A stretch of 63,348 nucleotides of DNA, the filler included, from Octopus bimaculoides (taxonomy: Eukaryota): the NCBI RefSeq assembly GCF_001194135.2. It is 8 parts of 8 records of this genome, joined end to end, with 100 filler letters (N's around TTAATTAATTAA, not from the genome) between each part and the next. Parts side by side here need not be neighbours in the genome. Positions count along the whole stretch, not along the records: positions 51,036 to 54,480 come from NC_068997.1; positions 54,581 to 59,244 come from NC_069000.1; positions 59,345 to 61,203 come from NC_068996.1; positions 61,304 to 63,348 come from NW_026406897.1; 4 more parts are not named here. One strand, 5' to 3'. Of the stretch, positions 54,050 to 63,348 are shown in pieces (positions within the stretch are counted from its first letter, which is position 1; every line of letters begins with the position of its first letter). The notes under the pieces were generated by a model, which saw nothing but the letters and a program-made list of their open reading frames with translations, did no database searches and had not been told where the DNA came from. The translations under genes were made by a program, and so were the position numbers.

Positions 54050-54480
54050 TGTTCATCTGCCTGCCCTTTTGTTATCGATTTACTTGTTTCTGTCAATGGA
54101 CTGCGGCCATACTGGAGTACCGACAGGAAGGGTTTACTCGAACAAATTGACCCCAATACTTTTTTTTTCTTTCTATTCAGTTTGGTGCCTTTTGCTGAAC
54201 TGCTAGGTGACGGGGACGTAAACAAACCAAATCATGGAGCAAATATGGATAGATTTACATACGGCGAGTTTCCGTCTACGAAATTCACTCAAGGCTTTCG
54301 TTGGCCTTGGGTTATAGTATAAGACTTATCCAAGGTACCATGCAGTGTAACTGAGCCCGGATGCTTCTGGTTATGCAGCATACCTCTTAGGCGAGCACCT
54401 ACATATGCATGTGTGTGTGTGTGTGTAGCCTTGTGAGTGGATTTGGTAGACGGAAACTGAAAGAAGCCCGTCGTATATAT
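54050..54480. mobile_element. SINE family B pieces in both orientations
   Basis: Minus tail at 54050-54230, minus body/head at 54255-54400, plus body at 54425-54480 (agccttgtgagtggatttggtagacggaaactgaaagaagccc). Confidence 0.8.
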
Positions 54481-54737
54481 NNNNNNNNNNNNNNNNNNNN
54501 NNNNNNNNNNNNNNNNNNNNNNNNTTAATTAATTAANNNNNNNNNNNNNNNNNNNNNNNNNNNNNNNNNNNNNNNNNNNNTATATATATATATATATATA
54601 TATATATGCTTTTATAACCCTCGATGTGTGTATAGAACGACACATATAAGATATTTGTTCGAACTCAGAATTGCCGTTAGAACAGCAGAAACATCGGGTA
54701 AATTACTGTTAGAAATCGGAAAGAATTTGTCAACAAG

Positions 54738-54807
54738 CAGCAAACGGGATTGGAATCCATATCCTTCAAAGACTTGGTTGAGTGCTTTACCATTAAGCTA
54801 AACTACC
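54738..54807 (-). pseudogene. tRNA-like sequence (SINE head or tRNA pseudogene)
   Basis: Minus strand GGTAGTTTAGCTTAATGGTAAAGCAC...GGATTCCAATCCCG has A/B-box-like motifs but no acceptor-stem pairing. Confidence 0.45.
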
Positions 54808-54931
54808 CGTTTACATATATCATCGCGATTTTAGACGGTAAATAGCTAATGTACAACTACGTGTATAAATATAAAAAGACATTTGTTTTTATAAGCATCG
54901 AAATGTGTATAGAACAACAGAAATAAGATGA

Positions 54932-54965
<34 letters not shown>

Positions 54966-54975
54966 CATACATGCA

Positions 54976-55009
<34 letters not shown>

Positions 55010-55938
55010 CATACACACTCTCACACACACATATTGTTGACATAAGAATTTATCGAATTTCGGGTGAACGTGAAATAATTTCTTTTTTTTCTGGTGGGCG
55101 AATTATATCCCGAAGCTCAATAAATACGATAATTGACAGCATGTAAATATTGGGGTGCGAAATCCTTTTGGAGGGAAAAAAATCGAAGACTGCCCGTGTG
55201 GCTCGAATTCACATCACCTGAAGACATGACAGACGTTCTATCTAGTATTGGACCAAAAGAATCTTTAGATTTCTCTATCCATTTTAGGGACTTTATTATT
55301 ACCAGCGAAGATTGTATGTTGTTGATGTCATAGATTTCCGAGAAAACGTGAGATAATTCTTTTTTCTTTTTTTCTATTTTTGGAATTGTATCTCGAAGGA
55401 CATAAGTGATATAAATAACATCATGCAAATATTAGGTTGAAAATCACTTTCTTAGCCCAATATTAAAATATCATTTACAGCATGTATGTGCTTTGAGATA
55501 CTATTAAAAAAAAACGTGAAATGGAAACACACACACACACACACAAGAAGTTAGAGTGTATTGGATCGTGCTACATCTATGAAGTCTATCTTATATAGAG
55601 TAAAGATTTATTGTGGAAATTGGAAAGTTCAACACCAAGAGTTGCGAAAGTAAGGGTTTTTCATTGTTCACCAACATGGATGTTGACCATATGCCATCAG
55701 AATGATCTCTCATATGCAGATTAAACCTCTTACGTCTTACTCAGAATTCCAGATCAAGTAATATACAGCGACAGCGTGTGACTCAGAGTTGTTAGCATGT
55801 AGAATTTTAGTTTCTAATAATTATCACTATCTACCTAGTTTCAGCGTGCAGATATCTTTTTTTTTCTTTCTCTAGACTGTTTACATATGCGTGTATGTGT
55901 TGTATATTGTGTATTCCTGAAATTTTGAGACTCAGCAG

Positions 55939-56024
55939 AATTTGAACTCAGAACTTAAAGACTGACGAAATGCCGCTAAGTATTTTGCCCAAAGTGCTAA
56001 CGATTCTGCCAGCTCGCCGCCTTA
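55939..56024 (-). mobile_element. SINE family A head
   Basis: gaatttgaactcagaac...gtgctaacgattctgccagctcgccgcc. Confidence 0.85.
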
Positions 56025-56169
56025 AAAGTGAACTGCTTAGAGCGTCATCTCTAATATTAAAAGAAAGATCTTCAATCTTTCTTAGAATGAAAAATTGTTG
56101 TAAAAGTAATATAACTTACAAACTGGTAGATTCAAAAAGAACATAACTAACATACCACTCTTCTCGGCT

Positions 56170-56580
56170 CTACATATGAGACAATGACGTCGTAAGGTCA
56201 TGTGGAAAACTTCTCAGTCTTCACTTAATGTAAAATCTTATATTGCAAGAGACTTCCTAATTCTTATACACAAATAATCCCTCCTTATCATTGACAGAGA
56301 GAACGTTTTAACAGACACAACCTTGAAATTACTTATAGTTGCATCATAAACATAAAAGAAGCAAATATCACATACGCTAACCAATATTTCTCATGGACGA
56401 ACATTCTAATGCAGGAACATTATTAAAGCTCAGTTGGCAAATACTGCAGCATAAAAACAACAATACACGAAGCAGAAGACATCTCTGTGGAACATAATCT
56501 AATAGCAACTAAGAATCTTTACATAGGCATGAAAGAAGGAAAACTTAAACAAACATTTTATAATCTCATTCCCTACAATT
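56170..56580 (+). mobile_element. Penelope-like element remnant (GIY-YIG endonuclease region)
   Basis: IARDFLILI...FNRHNLEITYSCIINI and LYIGMKEGKLKQTFYN; contains stops. Confidence 0.65.
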
Positions 56581-57077
56581 AGATAGATATGTAGGCAAGC
56601 AGGTAGAGAAATACAGTTAGAAATATATAGAAAGACAAGCAGGTGTGTATATTTGTGTTTATCTTTGCCAATGTAAAATCCGGTGTTGTGTCAAAAACTA
56701 ACTAAGCGATTCGAGAAAATATAGCGCGGTTCAATTATATATGCATAAAAAAAAACTCAACATGTACTTCATTAATAAGAACATCAACAACAATGACAGG
56801 AGGGTGAAATTAACTGTTCGAAATAGAAGTAATAAATTATTTAATTTTCTTTCAACTGCATCATTCAGAAATATAATTTGGATATTGTATATTATATAAT
56901 AAGCTTATAATACATTTACTGTACGTAAACAATAAAAATGGTCAAAAATATAAGGTGTATCTATGCCTCAATGTCTATCCGGAGATGACAACATGAAGTA
57001 GAAATTGAGAGAGAAAAATGCGAGAAGAGATACAGGAAGAGAGAGAAAGAGGGAGAGAGGGAAGAGGTGGGAGAATT

Positions 57078-57116
<39 letters not shown>

Positions 57117-58010
57117 AAATTAAAATATTTCATTCTTTGGAGACATAATAGCTGCATTATTTAAACGGTCTCCACAAAAAGCGGATATGCTTTGCAAAAG
57201 TAAATTTAAAGATGACGAGGAACAATGTATCCTTTAGGTATATATTAAAATATTGAGTAGAGTTTGTTGTAAATCGGAAATCATCTGAGAAGTTACAAAA
57301 ATGAATCAGTTTTGAGGTTGAAGGCAAAAATATTTGCAAATTAATGAAGACATTTGATCAAATTGTGTTGTATTTCCGGTTCGGTTGATCGTCTCCAATG
57401 ACGTTATTGTTCACTTTTATCTCTATTCTATGTCGCCGTCTGCTTTATTCAATATTTTAATCTCAAATATTTTCGTTTCAATACAACAATTTTTCATATA
57501 AAGGGAGAAGCAAAATGAGGAAGAGAGAGGAAGGGTCGAAAAGAAAGACTAAACCGGAAAAAAAAGGAACGAATGACAAACAAATGGCGTACACATAAAC
57601 ACAGATACACCATCTTATACACAAGCATGCTTTACTTGCATCGAACGTAAACATACACATATTCTCACGCGTGCAAGCAAAGGATTATAGAAAAGGGAAA
57701 GAGCGGAGATAGAAAAAGAGAAACTAGGAAGAGAAAATCAACAAGTTGTTGCGTTTCAGCAAGAGGTCAACCGTAATCAAGCATACCAAATATCAAAACC
57801 ATTTGGGCCATAACCATTCCACCCGTTTAGAAGTGTCAAGGATTATGCATTTTTCAATGAGTCCCTTTCTCCTTTCCTTTTTTATGACAGTGAGATATAA
57901 TTTGAACCAGATTTGACTGCTACTTATTTCATGTCGACCGAATACTAGGGCCTCTTACATTGACTTGAAGGTGACGTATAGAGAGAAATGGACACAATTA
58001 ATGGTGTCAT

Positions 58011-58083
<73 letters not shown>

Positions 58084-58299
58084 CATATAAGATAAGTTAT
58101 AGATAATGGTCATTACATATTTTCCTTTATTACAGCAAATATGGCTTACAACTGTTTCCGGTAAGTCGTTACAGGTACCTTACTGATAGGTTTACTTATC
58201 TGTTTATTGATCAGTTGAGAAAAATTGAACGACCAAAAACAATAAAAAATTAATGTTACTTTCAAACATATATATGTGTATGTGTGTGTATGTGTGTGT

Positions 58300-58765
58300 G
58301 TGTGCGTTATCTCAGATCTTGTGTAGTGCAGTTGCTGCAAACACAGATATCCTAGACTGCATCCAGTCTGATCAACTGACTGGCAAGAAGTCAGTCACAA
58401 ACACGTTCCAGCCTCTGGTGTATAGACATATTGTCCCATGTCTCTGTCTTTTCTGTCGTTACTCAAACGACTTCTGCTCCTTAGAGATGGCTGGGTACAT
58501 ACAACTTGCACAGACTCTTTTTCATCCTAGCTGTCTCTTCCTTCTTTTGTAATTTTTTCTTGTGCTTAATATCCCTTAGGCTTCGTAGTAACCTCTACAC
58601 TCAGTCCTTCCATCCCCAAAAGTCGGACCTCTGAAGGCATTCTTCTTGCTCATGTCTTTCTCGTGTATGAAGACTTCCAATGATTCAATAGGAACATCGA
58701 CATCATCATCACTGGTTTCAAAAAACCTGGGACGCTGTAGATGCCGTCTCCTATTCCTGATACAG
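58300..58765 (-). mobile_element. Unclassified retroelement-like remnant
   Basis: GC-richer coding-like tract with stops; RNRRRHLQRP resembles the Gypsy pol terminal RRNRRHL motif. Confidence 0.3.
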
Positions 58766-59383
58766 TAAGCTTTTTAAGACAAACAAAATTTATTATGGAA
58801 ATAATATTTATAGAGACAATATCGTCATCGTCAAATTGAAAATATTAACCCTAAATATTAACCCTAATTTACATTAAGAAATTATTAATTATTCCGAGTG
58901 TGTTTCTAACTATACAGCTTTACGGCATGTGTTTCAATGTTTTCTTGGTCTTTTCCTATTGATAAAACTTTCATTTTTAATATATTAATGCTTCATGACA
59001 CAATGCAGAGGACATTTGTGTTATTAACCAGTCCTTTTCCAGCTTGTTTTGTTTTGTGTCGTGTGTTGTAATATACTGCATTGTAAATGCCAGTGTTATA
59101 CCTAAACGCAAACGAGCTGTAAGGATAGAATGCAAACATACGAGAATAAACAATCATTTTATTAGCCTGAAACCACAAACCTGTTACCCACAGAACATAC
59201 TCTGGACACACACACACACGCACACACACACACACACACACACANNNNNNNNNNNNNNNNNNNNNNNNNNNNNNNNNNNNNNNNNNNNTTAATTAATTAA
59301 NNNNNNNNNNNNNNNNNNNNNNNNNNNNNNNNNNNNNNNNNNNNCCCCCCCGTTTTAAAAAAAGATCCGAATATTCTTAACAG

Positions 59384-59436
59384 ACATGAGAGAGGCCAAC
59401 GTCACAGAGAAAATTGCAGTCAAAGAGACCGATGAG
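59384..59436 (+). CDS. Candidate small exon (D)MREANVTEKIAVKETDE
   Basis: Acceptor atattcttaacag, donor GAG|gtaaaa. One open frame, phase 1-0. Confidence 0.25.
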
Positions 59437-62400
59437 GTAAAATTATTGCCCGATGAGCTCGAAAATAAAAGAGGATGTGAGGAACTGGTACTGATACATA
59501 TATGTGTGTGTGTATGTGTAAGTATGAATGTTTGTCTGCACGTGTGTGTGTGTGTGTGNNNNNNNNNNTGTGTGTGTGTGTGTGTACGAGTGAGTGCTTG
59601 TCTGTACATTGCACAGATACGCACACCAATTCAGACATCTAATATATCTAGAATCTGCTTTTCTAACAATTCAAGCGAATCTTTATATGCTCTTCATAAC
59701 GTCGTATGCATGGAATATATAAACATTATTTCGACTATGTAATATATACTGTACCTTGTATATCATCATCGTCATCATCATCGTTTAACGTCCGCTTTCC
59801 ATGCTANNNNNNNNNNNNNNNNNNNNNNNNNNNNNNNNNNNNNNNNNNNNNNNNNNNNNNNNNNNNNNNNNNNNNNNNNNNNNNNNNNNNNNNNNNNNNN
59901 NNNNNNNNNNNNNNNNNNNNNNNNNNNNNNNNNNNNNNNNNNNNNNNNNNNNNNNNNNNNNNNNNNNNNNNNNNNNNNNNNNNNNNNNNNNNNNNNNNNN
60001 NNNNNNNNNNNNNNNNNNNNNNNNNNNNNNNNNNNNNNNNNNNNNNNNNNNNNNNNNNNNNNNNNNNNNNNNNNNNNNNNNNNNNNNNNNNNNNNNNNNN
60101 NNNNNNNNNNNNNNNNNNNNNNNNNNNNNNNNNNNNNNNNNNNNNNNNNNNNNNNNNNNNNNNNNNNNNNNNNNNNNNNNNNNNNNNNNNNNNNNNNNNN
60201 NNNNNNNNNNNNNNNNNNNNNNNNNNNNNNNNNNNNNNNNNNNNNNNNNNNNNNNNNNNNNNNNNNNNNNNNNNNNNNNNNNNNNNNNNNNNNNNNNNNN
60301 NNNNNNNNNNNNNNNNNNNNNNNNNNNNNNNNNNNNNNNNNNNNNNNNNNNNNNNNNNNNNNNNNNNNNNNNNNNNNNNNNNNNNNNNNNNNNNNNNNNN
60401 NNNNNNNNNNNNNNNNNNNNNNNNNNNNNNNNNNNNNNNNNNNNNNNNNNNNNNNNNNNNNNNNNNNNNNNNNNNNNNNNNNNNNNNNNNNNNNNNNNNN
60501 NNNNNNNNNNNNNNNNNNNNNNNNNNNTTTTTTTTCTTCTTCAAGCAGCTAACACAGTACGGCAGTAATTCTATCTACGAAATGTTTCAAAGTATTTTCT
60601 AGCTGTTAGGTAAATGCATTTTAAAGCCAACATTTAGATTATGTTTCTGGTAACCTATGTAAAAGATAGTAGTGTATTAATTACTTTGGAGAAATTGGAA
60701 TGGAATTTTAAATGAAAAATCATTTTTTTAAATAACTACTGAATATAAATTAATCAAATTTACTGTGCTTCAGTAAGCATTAATGTGCGCGCATGTGTAT
60801 ACGTTTTTAGATATGTATGCATGCGACCAAAATTTCNNNNNNNNNNNNNNNNNNNNNNNNNNNNNNNNNNNNNNNNNNNNNNNNNNGTTCAAGCAACAAT
60901 GTCTTATTTCTAATATTATTTCATACTGTTTTATCATTTATGACAAATTGGTCGAAAATAAGGAGGCACCCATGTTTTTTACGAAATGCTTCCTTGTGAT
61001 AACTGTTCATGTCATATTGCCATATGTGAAATGCGCAAAATTACATATCATTATGGCATAAAGGTTCTGTGCAATCTTATATTCAGCAACACTTATTCGT
61101 CGACGTCCAGATTACTTTAAAGTTGACTGCATAAAAACTTTAGGCTTAGATAGTAATTGTTTATAACAAACTGGTATGTATGTATGTATGTATGTATGTA
61201 TGTNNNNNNNNNNNNNNNNNNNNNNNNNNNNNNNNNNNNNNNNNNNNTTAATTAATTAANNNNNNNNNNNNNNNNNNNNNNNNNNNNNNNNNNNNNNNNN
61301 NNNGAAATCTGGAAAGCTGCACCAGGTTCCAATATGTTTTGGCATAGTTTCTACTGCTGGATGTCCTTCTTAATGCCAACAACCTCCAAGAGTGTAGTGG
61401 GTGCTTTTTACATGCCATTGGCATAGGTACCAGCTATGAAACACTGGCATTGGCCATGGCAACAATCGCACTTGGCACATATATATGGCTTTACACATAT
61501 ATATATTTTCAAAATGTAACCACATGTGAACTGTTGTTGATTTTTTTTTCCCTCTCTCTTCCGTTTCTCTTGGACTTTCCTCTGTCTCCTGTTTCTGAAG
61601 AAGAGCTTTGCTTCAAATGTAAACCCACCTTTCTTTCCTTCCCTGAGTGTCTGCTAATACTTTACATGTATCACATCCTCGCATTGTTTTTTTTTTGTGT
61701 TTGTTCTTCGTTTTTTTATTTACTATATATATATATATTAGTATATCTATCTATCAACCTATCTCTCTCCATATATATATATATATATATATANNNNNNN
61801 NNNTATATATATATATATATATATATGTATATAAATATATAGTATTAGGGAAAAGAACCAAGGTCTATGAACTCATTGATGAACATCCACTGTCACATAT
61901 AGAAAAAATTTATAATTAAAAGTACAATAAACAAGTATAATATAATGCAAAGTAAATATCATAATACTATATATTAATATATTTTATACTGTGAAGCTTG
62001 ATCTAATTTTAATTTTTAATAAATTGATTTTTAATTGAGGTTTTACCTGTAATTTTGGATTTTATCCCTAATATTATCATTATATATGTATATATATATA
62101 TATACAATATATACAGACAGGCAGATAGACAGACAGACAGACAGACAGNNNNNNNNNNNNNNNNNNNNNNNNNNNNNNNNNNNNNNNNNNNNNNNNNNNN
62201 NNNNNNNNNNNNNNNNNNNNNNNNNNNNNNNNNNNNNNNNNNNNNNNNNNNNNNNNNNNNNNNNNNNNNNNNNNNNNNNNNNNNNNNNNNNNNNNNNNNN
62301 NNNNNNNNNNNNNNNNNNNNNNNNNNNNNNNNNNNNNNNNNNNNNNNNNNNNNNNNNNNNNNNNNNNNNNNNNNNNNNNNNNNNNNNNNNNNNNNNNNNN

Positions 62401-63174
62401 NNNNNNNNNNNNNNNNNNNNNNNNNNNNNNNNNNNNNNNNNNNNNNNNNNNNNNNNNNNNNNNNNNNNNNNNNNNNNNNNNNNNNNNNNNNNNNNNNNNN
62501 NNNNNNNNNNNNNNNNNNNNNNNNNNNNNNNNNNNNNNNNNNNNNNNNNNNNNNNNNNNNNNNNNNNNNNNNNNNNNNNNNNNNNNNNNNNNNNNNNNNN
62601 NNNNNNNNNNNNNNNNNNNNNNNNNNNNNNNNNNNNNNNNNNNNNNNNNNNNNNNNNNNNNNNNNNNNNNNNNNNNNNNNNNNNNNNNNNNNNNNNNNNN
62701 NNNNNNNNNNNNNNNNNNNNNNNNNNNNNNNNNNNNNNNNNNNNNNNNNNNNNNNNNNNNNNNNNNNNNNNNNNNNNNNNNNNNNNNNNNTATTTACATA
62801 TATTACATCAAGTATTGCACAACATTTTATAAACTGCATAACATTGTATGACATATGCAATAAGAATATAATCTGTTTAAAGATACAATTGTAATATAAA
62901 TTATTACTTTTGTTTTTCACATTGCAAAGCTTAGTTCAAGCCTCCTAGATCTTATTCTGGAGTTGTGTAAGTCTTATGTAAATCAAATTCTTATGGGTCT
63001 CTTTTTGATTTTGGAATACTATTCCAGTCAGGATCCGTCATGAGGTGTTAATGAGGTGATAGCTAGGATTATATTATTCTCTCAGTCTATGTACTCGCAC
63101 GCANNNNNNNNNNNNNNNNNNNNNNNNNNNNNNNNNNNNNNNNNNNNNNNNNNNNNNNNNNNNNTCATCATCAT

Positions 63175-63348
63175 CATCAGCGTTGTTGTCATCTTCATCA
63201 TCATCATCAATATCATCATTTAATGTCCGTTTTCCATGCTGCCATGGGTTGGATGGTTTGACAGGAGCTGGACAGCTGCACCAGGCCCAACTGTCTGTTT
63301 TGGCATGATTTTTACTGTTGGATGCCTTTCCTAATGTCAACTACCAAA
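63175..63348. mobile_element. SINE-like repeat family E (also 59762-59807 and 61305-61470)
   Basis: catcatc(g/a)tttaa(c/t)gtccg(c/t)tttccatgct...ggatg(c/t)c(c/t)ttc(c/t)taatg(c/t)caac recurs at three sites. Confidence 0.75.

Noticed and set aside
54738-54807. Functional tRNA gene
   Set aside because: A/B-box-like motifs are present, but the acceptor stem and cloverleaf do not form.
55185-55225. LPVWLEF resembling the PI3K PLWLEF motif
   Set aside because: Surrounding residues do not resemble a PI3K catalytic domain.

Overview
Eukaryotic, AT-rich, microsatellite-dense draft scaffold with many N gaps. The SINE families and the repeat landscape point to a coleoid cephalopod, most likely Octopus; this is inferred from recalled repeat sequence, not from a database search. 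Most of the window is intronic or intergenic: tRNA-derived SINEs (often in head-to-tail arrays or inverted pairs), LINE remnants (CR1/L2-like, RTE, Tx1/L1, Penelope-like), an internally deleted Gypsy element, Tc1/mariner and hAT derivatives, and simple repeats. No conserved gene could be named. Manual splice-site and phase analysis gives low-to-moderate confidence gene candidates. (i) A phase-compatible three-exon plus-strand ORF (9561-17114) resembles a small secreted or prohormone-like precursor with KRKR and KR sites. (ii) Several minus-strand exon candidates (38684-38695, 27107-27232, 18011-18122, 11340-11439, 899-973, 513-639) could belong to one or more genes overlapping it antisense. 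(iii) A degenerate LRR-like ORF lies at 38282-38695. Most ORFs in the supplied track are microsatellite or gap artefacts. No CRISPR array, rRNA gene or intact tRNA gene was found.
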